From positions 255-64,254 of the forward strand of contig DATAKM010000133.1 in the NCBI GenBank assembly GCA_036261665.1: a stretch of 64,000 nt of DNA, written 5' to 3'. The notes under the pieces were generated by a model that saw only the letters and a program-made list of their open reading frames with translations, had not been told where the DNA came from and did not search any database. This document shows, one piece after another, positions 19,199 through 28,313 of the stretch. How positions within the stretch are numbered: the stretch's first letter is position 1; every line of letters begins with the position of its first letter. This DNA comes from Chloroflexia bacterium (lineage in GTDB: Bacteria; Chloroflexota; Chloroflexia; Chloroheliales; Chloroheliaceae). A program made the translations under genes and the position numbers.

Positions 19199-20203
19199 TT
19201 ACTTTTCCTGTCCTTCGTAGTAGACCCAGCGAGTCTGGGAGCGGAAAAGGATAACGGTTGCGACCAGTATGAGCAGGAATAAAATTACCGCCAGGGCTGT
19301 GGCGTAGCCCATGCGCGACTGTTCAAAGCCATAAGAGAAAATCAGCAAGTTCATGAAGCGCCCGGCGGCAGGCGTAGCCCTGGCAAAAGCGGCGGGGGTG
19401 AAAAGCTGCATGGCGCTGGCAAACTCTACCACTACCAGGAAGAAAATAGCCGGAGTCATCATGGGAACCGTGATTTTAAGGAACTTGGTAAAAGTATTCG
19501 CACCGTCTAATGAGGCAGCCTCGTATAAGTCAGTGGCCACTCCTTTGCGGCTTCCCAGCAATATCACGGTATTGTTGCCCAGGGCTGTCCACAGACTCAT
19601 TATGATGAAAGCGGGTAAGACCCAGTTTTCGTCCCCGAACCAATCCGGCGGAGTCTGGTTGGTCAGGTTAAAGATGGGCGACAAAACGGTATTGAGCAGC
19701 CCAACGTCCGGGTTAAATATCCAGCGCCAGAGCAGGACCACTGCCACTGCCGGCACAATCGAGGGTAGGTAGTAGAGCACCCGGTACATTCCAATAAAAT
19801 GCAACTTTTTACTCAGCAGCAGGGCCAGCATCAGCGAAAGAGTTACACTGATAGGTACGCTGATAACCGAGTAGAGTACCGTGAGTCTGACCGAAGGCCA
19901 GAAGTTAATATCTTTTGTGAAAAGCGTATTGTAGTTATCAAAACCTATCCAGTTAGGAGTTTGCTGCAAGTTATAATCGGTAAAACTCAAAACAAAGGTG
20001 GCTATAATGGGCGTCAGGCTAAAGATTAAAAACCCCAGAATCCAGGGAGTTATCAGGGCATAGCCAATCGCAACCTCACGCCGTAAATGAAAGACATTGC
20101 GCAGGAGAAAATGAACTCCCACGCTCACGCCTGCTACGGCTAGCGCCAGCAGCACAAATCGGATAAAGGTTGGAAGATAATCAGCAATGGGATCGCCTAC
20201 CAT
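19199..20203 (-). CDS. Carbohydrate ABC transporter permease (MalF-like)
   Basis: LYEAASLDGA, YYLPSIVP, MGYATALA motifs. Confidence 0.93.
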   Translation of the reverse strand: MVGDPIADYLPTFIRFVLLALAVAGVSVGVHFLLRNVFHLRREVAIGYALITPWILGFLIFSLTPIIATFVLSFTDYNLQQTPNWIGFDNYNTLFTKDINFWPSVRLTVLYSVISVPISVTLSLMLALLLSKKLHFIGMYRVLYYLPSIVPAVAVVLLWRWIFNPDVGLLNTVLSPIFNLTNQTPPDWFGDENWVLPAFIIMSLWTALGNNTVILLGSRKGVATDLYEAASLDGANTFTKFLKITVPMMTPAIFFLVVVEFASAMQLFTPAAFARATPAAGRFMNLLIFSYGFEQSRMGYATALAVILFLLILVATVILFRSQTRWVYYEGQEK

Positions 20204-20271
20204 TTGATCCTCCTCTTCATTTCTAATTTCAGAAGCAGGACTCAGGGCCAGATTGCCTGAAAAAGATCAAG

Positions 20272-20303
20272 GTGAGATGGCAGTCTTTTGACTGCCATCT
20301 CAC
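20272..20303. promoter_or_regulatory. Intercistronic stem-loop after the binding-protein gene (mRNA stabiliser or partial terminator)
   Basis: Perfect 14-bp stem GTGAGATGGCAGTC-TTTT-GACTGCCATCTCAC. Confidence 0.7.
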
Positions 20304-20312
20304 GCACAGAAG

Positions 20313-21779
20313 CTATTTAGGCAAAGTAGCCTCTAACTGAGGGCGTACCTTTTTAGCCAGGTTTTCGGCGGTATCTTTCCCTCTGAAGAGCGGGTCGATA
20401 AACTGGGTGCCCCAGATATCGGTCCACTGAGCATAGTTAGGGAAGATCGGCGCAGACTTGGCATCCGGCAGGGCGGCGACAATCGTATCTATCGAACCCG
20501 CCGGGCGCTTGGGCTGAATCTTCTGGATAGCCTCTTTGGTGGAGAGGGATTTGCGAGGAACGGGTACTTTCCAGTGCTGAATACCGTCGGTAATATCGGC
20601 CAGGGCAGCGTAAGCGGCGTCCTTGTTTTTAGTTTTGGCATTGACGCTGGTAAAGGCGATGTAGGCCTGGGTCAGGCGATTACCGGCGGGGCCTTTGGGT
20701 ACCAGGAAAGCCTGGGCCTGGCCCTTCATGCCGTCGCGGGTTTCCAGGGAGTCGGCGGCGCCACCCACAAACATGGCTACCTTGCCATTGATGAACATCG
20801 AGTCAAAGCCCTGGTCCTTTACCTGGGTAGGAGTCGGAGTTACGTGGTACTTCAGCGAGAGATCGGCGTACCACTGCTCGGCTTTGACCGCTTCCGGCGA
20901 GTCAATGGGCGAAGACTTGAAATCCGGGGTGATAGTCTGCCCGCCGGCCTGCCAGATATACATAGCGGTGGGCGGCCAGTCCGCGCCATTATCGGTAAAG
21001 CCCCACTGTTTGATAGTTTTGGGATCAAACCCGGCATCGGCGGCGGTTTTGCCGCTGCCATCCACGGTCAGTTTCTTGGCCGCATTGAGGAAGTCGTCCC
21101 AGGTCCAATCTGCGGTGGGCGGAGTTACCCCGGCCGCTTTGAACATATCGAGGTTTACATACAGGACCAGCGGTTGCGAAATCCAGGGTAAGCCGTAAAG
21201 TTTATCCTTGTAAGTCCCGGCATCCAGAGCGCCTTTGAAATAATCGTCCAGGTTAGCGGCTGGATGGTTCTTATCGCCCTTTACCATGTCGGTCAGGTCC
21301 ATTAAAGAACCCTTATCAGCGAAGCCTGAGAGGTGATCAACGTCTATCCAGAACAGGTCGGGAGCTGTGCCGGAAGCCAGGCCGGTTTGAAGCTTGGTGA
21401 AATACTCTTGTGGGCTGGCCTGGATCGTCACGTGGTAATTGGTGGCTTTGGCGTTAAGCTGATCAATAATAGCCTGGAATTCTTTAGCTTCGTCCACACC
21501 GGCCCAGACCGACATGGTCAGTTCAACCTTTGGTCCTCCGGCCTGAGCAGCGGTAGTAGCAGCGCCCCCTGCGGCGGTAGTGGCAGCACCGGCGGCGGTA
21601 GTGGCAGCACCGGCAGCGGTAGTGGCAGCGCCCCCGGCAGCGGTGGTGGCGGCAGTCCCGCCACTGGCAGCGGTGGTAGCCGCCGGGGCGGAGGTATTGG
21701 TATTATCACCGCAGGCTATCAAAACGGTACTCAATAAAATGAACGCAAGAAATAATGACCACTTCTTAGTGGAAATCAT
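20313..21779 (-). CDS. Sugar ABC transporter substrate-binding lipoprotein
   Basis: MISTKKWSLFLAFILLSTVLIAC lipobox, repeated ATTAAG(A/G) linker, KLQTGLASGTAPDLF, LYGLP, WTWDDF; AAGGAG RBS. Confidence 0.93.
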   Translation of the reverse strand: MISTKKWSLFLAFILLSTVLIACGDNTNTSAPAATTAASGGTAATTAAGGAATTAAGAATTAAGAATTAAGGAATTAAQAGGPKVELTMSVWAGVDEAKEFQAIIDQLNAKATNYHVTIQASPQEYFTKLQTGLASGTAPDLFWIDVDHLSGFADKGSLMDLTDMVKGDKNHPAANLDDYFKGALDAGTYKDKLYGLPWISQPLVLYVNLDMFKAAGVTPPTADWTWDDFLNAAKKLTVDGSGKTAADAGFDPKTIKQWGFTDNGADWPPTAMYIWQAGGQTITPDFKSSPIDSPEAVKAEQWYADLSLKYHVTPTPTQVKDQGFDSMFINGKVAMFVGGAADSLETRDGMKGQAQAFLVPKGPAGNRLTQAYIAFTSVNAKTKNKDAAYAALADITDGIQHWKVPVPRKSLSTKEAIQKIQPKRPAGSIDTIVAALPDAKSAPIFPNYAQWTDIWGTQFIDPLFRGKDTAENLAKKVRPQLEATLPK

Positions 21780-21927
21780 ATCACTCTTCTCCTTTTCCAC
21801 CGGCAGCAATGCCGGTAGCTCTAGACTACCCGAAAACAGAGAGTCAGAAACATGAGCCTTACCGATTAGTAAAGATGTTACAAAAAAGCAGTGATGCAGC
21901 TATGATGTTACTGTAGCAGGAGAGTTG

Positions 21928-22962
21928 TCAGGAACACCCACACGAGTTGCGTATGATTAACTCGGTAGAAACAATTGTCTCTACCGGGGCTCCGCCGGGA
22001 TCATTGATTACCTCCAGAATCCGGCGGGCGGCCATTTTACCCATTTGTTCCTTGTAGATTCGTACAGTAGTCAATGGTGGCATAAAGTGTTCCGCCACCG
22101 GGATATTATCAAAACCAACCAGAGCGAGGTCTTCGGGGATGCTAAGACCAAGTGCTGCGGCGGCCCGCGCTGCGCCTACCGCCATTGAATCGTTAACCGC
22201 AAAGATAGCGGTAGGAGGATTCGGACCGCGCAGGAGTTCTGCGGCGGCCTCTTCCCCGGTAGCCACCGTGGTGGCCGGTTTCCTGACTACCTGGCAGTAA
22301 TCCTGGAGTCCGGCTTCGCGCATGGCCGCCTGGTAACCGTTAAAACGCATCCGGTTACTGACCCATTCCGCCGGTCCCCCGATATGCGCTATCCGGGTAT
22401 GACCGTGACTGATCAGGTGAGCGGTAGCTTCTGCCGCGCCGCCGGTATCGTCCGTCAGAATGGTATTGGCTTTGCTATGTTCGGGCTTGTTATCAATCAG
22501 GACAACCGGAAAGCCGCTGTTACAAATCAGCGTAACAAATTGAGCATTGAGGTTAGGCCCGGTAAGAATCAGGCCGTCCACCCGGCTTTGCTCGACCATG
22601 CGCAGGGTAGAGACGCTTTCTTCGTTGATGCTGTTGAGAAGAATATGGTAGTCGTGGGATATCAGTTCCTCTTCTATGGCCATTAACATCGGGAAATAGA
22701 AGGGGTCTGCCGTAAGAGGTTGGTCAAAGGGACGGATGACAAAGCCGACAGTTTGAGTGCGGGCAGTTACCAGGCTGCGGGCAGTCATATTCGGCACGAA
22801 GCCCAGTTCATCAGCCAGAGCCAGCACCTTCTGGCGCATTTCGCTACCCACGCCGGGCTTATCGTTTAAAGCCCGCGAAACCGTCGCGACCGAAACATTT
22901 AACCTTTTAGCAAGATCGTTTAGATTAGCAGGCATCTCTGGTTCTCTGTTTCCTTTGCTCAC
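21928..22962 (-). CDS. LacI family transcriptional regulator
   Basis: LNDLAKRLNVSVATVSRALN HTH, PNMTARSL hinge, IPEDLALVGFDN, PPLTTV. Confidence 0.95.
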   Translation of the reverse strand: MSKGNREPEMPANLNDLAKRLNVSVATVSRALNDKPGVGSEMRQKVLALADELGFVPNMTARSLVTARTQTVGFVIRPFDQPLTADPFYFPMLMAIEEELISHDYHILLNSINEESVSTLRMVEQSRVDGLILTGPNLNAQFVTLICNSGFPVVLIDNKPEHSKANTILTDDTGGAAEATAHLISHGHTRIAHIGGPAEWVSNRMRFNGYQAAMREAGLQDYCQVVRKPATTVATGEEAAAELLRGPNPPTAIFAVNDSMAVGAARAAAALGLSIPEDLALVGFDNIPVAEHFMPPLTTVRIYKEQMGKMAARRILEVINDPGGAPVETIVSTELIIRNSCGCS

Positions 22963-22974
22963 CTCTGAGTAACA

Positions 22975-22996
22975 GCAACGTAAACGTTTACGTTGC
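22975..22996. promoter_or_regulatory. LacI-type operator
   Basis: Perfect 22-bp palindrome GCAACGTAAACGTTTACGTTGC with the central AAACGTTT typical of LacI sites, just downstream of the promoter. Confidence 0.85.
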
Positions 22997-23006
22997 CCAT
23001 GCGGTC

Positions 23007-23035
23007 ATTATAAAACCACTTTTTCATGCTGTCAA
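23007..23035 (-). promoter_or_regulatory. Consensus sigma70 promoter of the mannoside operon
   Basis: Minus strand: TTGACA (23035-23030), 17 nt, TATAAT (23012-23007). Confidence 0.85.
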
Positions 23036-23116
23036 TAGAGGTGAATGCTATAATTGACAAAAAGATTCGGTTTATTTTGGGCAGAGATGCTAACAGTAAA
23101 GGGAAAAAGACAGGCT

Positions 23117-23971
23117 ATGCTTCGCAAAATATTGAGCAAAAGATTATTTGTAACGAAATTATTCTTTTGCGTCCTGGCAACCATACCAGCTTTGTTATTA
23201 TTGACAGCCTGTGGTTCAGAGAAAGAGGTTCAAAATAACCGGAGTAGTGCGAGCCTATCTGCTGTTACTGCCATAGCCTCGAATGCTTCTGAATCTGCTA
23301 CAACTGCAACATCAAATCCTGATCCTGATTGGCAGTACCGCTGGCTACAGGGTATACCCTGCAAACCTCCGTGCTGGGAAGGGCTTATACCGGGGCAAAC
23401 GACAGGGGAAGAAGCTCTTAATATTCTCAAACAAAACCCGCTGGTAGCTGTTGCAGAAATCTCTTACCCTGGCCCAACTACCGGGGGAAATTATGTTGGT
23501 TGGAACTGGGTAACAGCACCTAAAAATCGTTACGGATCGGTTGGTGATGGAGGGGACGCGGTTTTTAGAGGTTCAGCACATGTTATTGATTTAATAAGGC
23601 CCAAATATACAATTACTTTCAAGCTATCTCAGGTAATAGCAAAATACGGAGAACCAAGTCACGTCATAGCTATAGACGTAACCGGACCGGATTTAGGTAG
23701 CCCTAAAGAATACTATCTGGGATTTGTTTATCTACCTATGGGCTTTTTACTGTATTTAAAAACAGGGAATATACCTACCCTGACTGCTGATATAGCTTTA
23801 AGCGGCCCCCAATTTTTCATTCCTGGAGAGGATGGATTTAGAAGATTCGGCAGCCCACCGCTAAAAGTGTTAGTACCCTGGCAAGGATACAAAGACTTTG
23901 CCTTTTATTGTCGCAGTCAATTTGATAGTGGTACTTCACCCTGTGACTTTCTGAAAAAATCTACCCCTTAA
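23117..23971 (+). CDS. Hypothetical lipoprotein (CxxPCWxGxxPG type), low GC
   Basis: MLRKILSKRLF...ALLLLTAC lipobox, Ser/Thr linker, WLQGIPCKPPCWEGLIPGQTT, YGEPSHV, PWQGY; start uncertain. Confidence 0.75.
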   Translation: MLRKILSKRLFVTKLFFCVLATIPALLLLTACGSEKEVQNNRSSASLSAVTAIASNASESATTATSNPDPDWQYRWLQGIPCKPPCWEGLIPGQTTGEEALNILKQNPLVAVAEISYPGPTTGGNYVGWNWVTAPKNRYGSVGDGGDAVFRGSAHVIDLIRPKYTITFKLSQVIAKYGEPSHVIAIDVTGPDLGSPKEYYLGFVYLPMGFLLYLKTGNIPTLTADIALSGPQFFIPGEDGFRRFGSPPLKVLVPWQGYKDFAFYCRSQFDSGTSPCDFLKKSTP

Positions 23972-24187
23972 AAGTACAAGTTAAGATTGGAGATCTATCA
24001 GCGTAGAATAGAGCAGCGCTGACAAGGGTCGAAAAATCTGTACTACCGCCTGCTCTCCCGTCGGGGAGGGCGAGGGCATGCAACAGGCCAAACACAAGAT
24101 GTTGAGGCTGTGCCGGGCTGTCTCTACCATAGCTGCGATGAAAAAAACCAGTTTTAAAAATTCGTGGTCTGAAAACGCTAAAAGCCC

Positions 24188-24216
24188 TTGACTTTAGGTT
24201 GAGCATCTGTTAATAT
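24188..24216 (+). promoter_or_regulatory. Sigma70-type promoter of the small RNA
   Basis: TTGACT, 17 nt, TAATAT, with a TG extended -10. Confidence 0.65.
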
Positions 24217-24222
24217 CTCCTC

Positions 24223-24396
24223 GTAAGAAAATTCCGAACTATACCCAACGGGATTTTCTCTCCAAGAAAAAGGAGGTGATGCCCATGATAAATGGTAGTC
24301 GTAAGGGCATCGCCGGAGGTCTGGTTCGCTAGATCACTGAGCGATGTCCCTTTTCAAAAGACCGCCCCAGCAAAGCTGGCGCGGTTTTTTGCTTTT
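24223..24396 (+). ncRNA. Putative ~170-nt structured small RNA / sORF transcript
   Basis: Own promoter; 5' hairpin GAAAATTCCG/CGGGATTTTC; alternative internal stems; terminator ACCGC-CCCAGC-AAA-GCTGG-CGCGGT-TTTTT. Confidence 0.6.
24285..24332 (+). CDS. 15-aa small ORF MINGSRKGIAGGLVR
   Basis: Preceded by AAGGAGGTGAT (full anti-SD complement), 4 nt before the ATG; ends in TAG. Confidence 0.5.
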   Translation: MINGSRKGIAGGLVR

Positions 24397-24502
24397 ATAC
24401 CCACTTATGCTAAACTAGGGCCGTTGTAGCCGGATTGTCCCGGCTTTGTTTATTCATACTGACTATACGAAGAAACCCTTAAAAGAAACCTTTAAAAAGA
24501 AA

Positions 24503-25216
24503 ATGACAGCAGAGAGAAGATTAGAACTGGAAATTCCGCGTTCGGCCCTGGCGATTGTGGCCCACCCGGACGATACCGAGTTCGGTTGCAGCGGTACGGT
24601 GGCAAAGTGGGCCAAAGCCGGATGCGAGGTGACTTACCTCCTCCTCACCAGCGGCGATAAAGGGACGGAAGACCCGGCAGTGAACCCTGAAGAACTGGGG
24701 CGCATTCGCGAGGCGGAACAACTGGCCGCCGCTAAAATCCTGGGCGTCAAAAATTGTGTCTTTCTGCGCTACGGCGATGGCGAACTGGAATATAATCTGC
24801 GCATGCGCGGCGAGATCGTCAAGCAAATCCGGCGCTTCAAGCCGGAGAGCATCCTTACCTGGGACCCGCTTACCCGCAACTACCGCATGCACCCCGACCA
24901 CCGCATCACGGGCCAGTTAGCCCTCGAAGCGGCTTTCCCCGCCGCCATGATGCCGCACAGCTACCCGGAACAGTTGCGCGAGGAAGGCCTGACCATTCAT
25001 CGCACTAAACGGTTGCTGCTTTTTGGCACGGATAGCCCGGATTACTATGTCGATATCTCGCAGGCCTGGGATTTGAAGCTCGAATCGCTCAAGGCCCACG
25101 CCAGCCAGTTTGTGCCGGACCCTAAATTCATGGAGAGGCTGCGCAAGCGCCACAGCGATTTCGCCGAGGATTTCGATTTCGAATACGCCGAAGCTTTTAA
25201 GCTGGTGGAGCTATAG
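24503..25216 (+). CDS. PIG-L/LmbE family deacetylase
   Basis: AHPDD, TSGDKG, REAEQ, DGEL, HPDH, ASQ and AEAF motifs. Confidence 0.92.
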   Translation: MTAERRLELEIPRSALAIVAHPDDTEFGCSGTVAKWAKAGCEVTYLLLTSGDKGTEDPAVNPEELGRIREAEQLAAAKILGVKNCVFLRYGDGELEYNLRMRGEIVKQIRRFKPESILTWDPLTRNYRMHPDHRITGQLALEAAFPAAMMPHSYPEQLREEGLTIHRTKRLLLFGTDSPDYYVDISQAWDLKLESLKAHASQFVPDPKFMERLRKRHSDFAEDFDFEYAEAFKLVEL

Positions 25217-25219
25217 TTA

Positions 25220-27742
25220 ATGCTGGCGAACCGCTCAGTCCTGGCCTGCGCGCTGGCCCTGCTGGTGGCATTAGCCGCCGCTTACGCCCTGACGCGCTGG
25301 CTCTACGGGCGCCGCTGGGCCAAGCAGGAGCAGCATGACGGGCGCGAGCGGCGCTATCACCGCGATGTAGCCGCCACCGGGCTGCTGCTGGCCCTGGTCG
25401 CGGGCTTCTTCTGGCGACCGCTTTTCAACAGCGGCGTGACCATGCCCAACGGGGGCGGCGACCTCGTTTCTTTCTTCTACCCTATTCACGTCTTTGCCAG
25501 CGAAAGCCTGCGCACCGGGCAGATTCCGCTCTGGAATCCTTACCTCTTTAGCGGCATGCCCTTCGCCGCCGATATTCAGAGCGGCCTCTTTTATCCCCTC
25601 AACTGGATTTTCTGGCTGCTGGGGCGGCCTGTGACCTACGAGAAAGTCGAAATGCTGGCCCTGGTGCATTACTGGCTGGCGGCGGCCTTCGCTTATGCCC
25701 TGGCCCGCAGCCTGAATCTGGGGCGCTGGCCTGCCCTGCTGGCCGGGATACTTTACGCCTTCAGCGGCTTTGCCGTCTCGCACCTGGGGCACTTACCGAT
25801 GCTGGCGGCGGCGACCTGGTTCCCGCTGGTGCTGCTGGCGGTCAACCAGGCGGCCCGGCCTCGTCCGGACTACGGCAGGGCGGCGGGATGGCGCTGGGCG
25901 ATAGCGGCAGGGCTATTCCTGGCTATCAGCCTGCTGGCCGGGCACTTCCAGCTCTTCCTCTACAACTTCTACGGCGCGGCGATTTTCTGGATAGCGGTGG
26001 CATGGCGGGGACGCAGCTACGCCCTTGCCCCTGAAAGCGGGGCGAGCCTGCTGCGGCGGACCTGGCAAAATTACTGGACCGGGCAGGCCCTGCGCGCGGC
26101 CCTGGCGGGAGCGGTTATGCTGGGCGCGACCCTGGTGCAGCTCTGGCCTTTCTACGAGATGGGCCAGCTTTCGATCAGGTCGAGTATCAGCTACGATGTC
26201 TCGACCCAGTTCGGGGTCTGGCCGGTCGGGCTGGCCGACCTGCTGCTGCCCAACCTTTTCAGCCCTAATCCTAAAGCCTACTTCGGCTACTGGAGCAATA
26301 CCGATGTGCTTGGCTATATGGGCCTTTTCAGCTTTGCCCTGGCCGGATTGGGAGTCTTACTGCGCAGCGGGCAGCGCCGCGCTTTCTACCCGGTTTTCTT
26401 TCTCTCGCTGGGCCTGGCCGGGCTGCTCTTTTCGCTCTCCGGCTATACCATCTTCCAGGGCTGGTTTTACCAGTTCGTGCCGGCCCTCAACCTGACGCGC
26501 GGTTCGGGCCGCTTCCTCTACTGGTTCAACCTGGGCTTCGGCCTGGCAGCCGCTTTTGGCCTGCAAAACTGGTTGGAATACCGGTCGCAGCCCCGCAGCG
26601 CCGAAGGCGAACAGCTTCTGAAGTGGGGCTGGCGCAGCCTGGCCCTGGCGGCGCTGGTCCTGATCATAGTGCCGCTGCCGCTGCTCTTTTCCCAGATGCT
26701 CTCGACACCAGGAAACATCAACGACCTGGTAGTGCGCGGCATCAACGGGCTGGTAATGGACGTAATCGTGCTGGGGCTGGGGGCGGGGCTGCTCAGGCTC
26801 TACTACCGGCGCACGCCCGGGCCCGACTTAGGAGCTTTCCTGGCGGTGGCGCTGCTGGTCTTTGACCTTTTTTCGGCCCGGGCCGGTTTCAACCCGGTCG
26901 CGGCGGATGTGGCGAACGGCTTCTATCACGACGGTACTGCCAGCTTCATCCGCTCGCAAGACCCTGCCGGGCAATACCGCCTGGAAGCCAGCGTGGGCAG
27001 CGTGCAACAGGCCTGGCAGGCCAACACCGCCCAGATTTACGGCCTGCATGACGTGCGCGGCGTCTTTAACCCGCTGCAACTGGCCGATTATGAAACGCTC
27101 TGGAACGCTGTTACATCCGCCCAGAAAGATTTCCGGGCCGTCCCGGCTTACAATCTTTTCGGGGCGAAATATGTGCTGGCGCGCAGCAAAGAAGACCCTA
27201 CCGGCAGTCAGTTCAAACAGGTCTACCGCGACCAGCGACCGGGGGTGAATATTGATGTCTGGGAGAACAGCGTGGCTTTACCGCGCGCCTGGGTGGTTCA
27301 CCAGGCTGCTTTGAAAGGCCACGCTGAAACTATCCCGGCCCTCGTTTCACCCGATTTCAAACCGGCGGAAGAGCTTTACCTGGAGAGCGGGCGCACGCTG
27401 AACGGCCCGGCAGGGGCGCAGCCCGGTGAGGCGGTGACGCTGGTTTCGCAAAGCCTCAACTCGCTTCAGATCGAGGCCAATCTTGCTTCGGACGGCTATA
27501 TCGTGATTAACCAGGCCTATTATCCCGGCTGGAAAGCGCGGGTAGACGGCCAGAGCGCCTCTTACGAAAGAGCAGATTACGCTTTCGGGGCGGTATATCT
27601 TCCGGCCGGAAAGCACAGCCTGTCGCTGGAGTTCGCGCCTGCCTCTATCGCCATCGGAGGCATAGTGAGCCTGCTGACCTGGGTGCTGGCCCTGGGCGCG
27701 CTGGCCTGGCCGCTGCTATTCCGGCGGAAGCGCCGGGTATAA
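25220..27742 (+). CDS. YfhO-family multi-pass membrane protein (GT-C glycosyltransferase-like)
   Basis: GDL..FFYP, PLWNPYLFSGMPFAADIQSGLFYP, LAGHFQ, ~13 TM segments, N..ALPRAW, YYPGWKARVDG, C-terminal TM. Confidence 0.88.
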   Translation: MLANRSVLACALALLVALAAAYALTRWLYGRRWAKQEQHDGRERRYHRDVAATGLLLALVAGFFWRPLFNSGVTMPNGGGDLVSFFYPIHVFASESLRTGQIPLWNPYLFSGMPFAADIQSGLFYPLNWIFWLLGRPVTYEKVEMLALVHYWLAAAFAYALARSLNLGRWPALLAGILYAFSGFAVSHLGHLPMLAAATWFPLVLLAVNQAARPRPDYGRAAGWRWAIAAGLFLAISLLAGHFQLFLYNFYGAAIFWIAVAWRGRSYALAPESGASLLRRTWQNYWTGQALRAALAGAVMLGATLVQLWPFYEMGQLSIRSSISYDVSTQFGVWPVGLADLLLPNLFSPNPKAYFGYWSNTDVLGYMGLFSFALAGLGVLLRSGQRRAFYPVFFLSLGLAGLLFSLSGYTIFQGWFYQFVPALNLTRGSGRFLYWFNLGFGLAAAFGLQNWLEYRSQPRSAEGEQLLKWGWRSLALAALVLIIVPLPLLFSQMLSTPGNINDLVVRGINGLVMDVIVLGLGAGLLRLYYRRTPGPDLGAFLAVALLVFDLFSARAGFNPVAADVANGFYHDGTASFIRSQDPAGQYRLEASVGSVQQAWQANTAQIYGLHDVRGVFNPLQLADYETLWNAVTSAQKDFRAVPAYNLFGAKYVLARSKEDPTGSQFKQVYRDQRPGVNIDVWENSVALPRAWVVHQAALKGHAETIPALVSPDFKPAEELYLESGRTLNGPAGAQPGEAVTLVSQSLNSLQIEANLASDGYIVINQAYYPGWKARVDGQSASYERADYAFGAVYLPAGKHSLSLEFAPASIAIGGIVSLLTWVLALGALAWPLLFRRKRRV

Positions 27743-28313
27743 GGCCCGGTGTCGGTCATCTTTTTTGTCGTAAGGAAGGATCGCAAAACTCTTTGCCGCG
27801 CCGGGCTGTCGTAATCTTTCACCATATTCAGGATCACAAGGGTAGGTGGGCCGCCTTCCAGCGCAAGAAAGTTCGGCGACTTACTATCCGCAAAGTGGCG
27901 AAATAGTGTAAAATAACTATGAGCATCAGAATTACTGGTACACAAGCATCTTCGCCGCGCTTCATTGCCAGAGTAATCCACTATAATTCAGCTAAATTCC
28001 GGTTCCTGATTAAACTAATCCCATTTGTCGATTCTTAATCCATACATTAACCACAAATCATATCTCCTGTTAATTACTAACGTAACAAAATTATCGAATA
28101 TTAAACGTTGTTACATTTGTTTCATCTTCATTAGTTTCTTTATCAACTTTTGAAACTCATGGTATTTTTGGTTTTCCAGGGGCTTGAAAAAGTGATTTCT
28201 TGTAGTAAGATACTTCTCATGCTAAGTGTTGGTACCGCCTGATTTGTTACATTGTTACAGTGCTCTATGAAGACAGTGCTCTAAGAAAGTAGAAAAATAG
28301 CAGAAAGCGAGTC

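Noticed and set aside
18252-21779. Missing ATPase in the mannoside ABC system as a sign of decay
   Set aside because: Carbohydrate ABC systems commonly share an MsiK/MsmX-type ATPase encoded elsewhere, and all genes here are intact.
24270-24280. AAGGAGGTGAT as a 16S rRNA 3'-end fragment
   Set aside because: The match stops after 11 nt and there is no other rRNA sequence; it is better read as an RBS.
24285-24332. sORF as a type I toxin
   Set aside because: Too short, with no transmembrane hydrophobic stretch, and no antisense promoter was identified.
27577-27981. 134-aa minus-strand ORF
   Set aside because: Overlaps the 3' end of the YfhO gene in antisense, has no RBS and shows no recognisable features.
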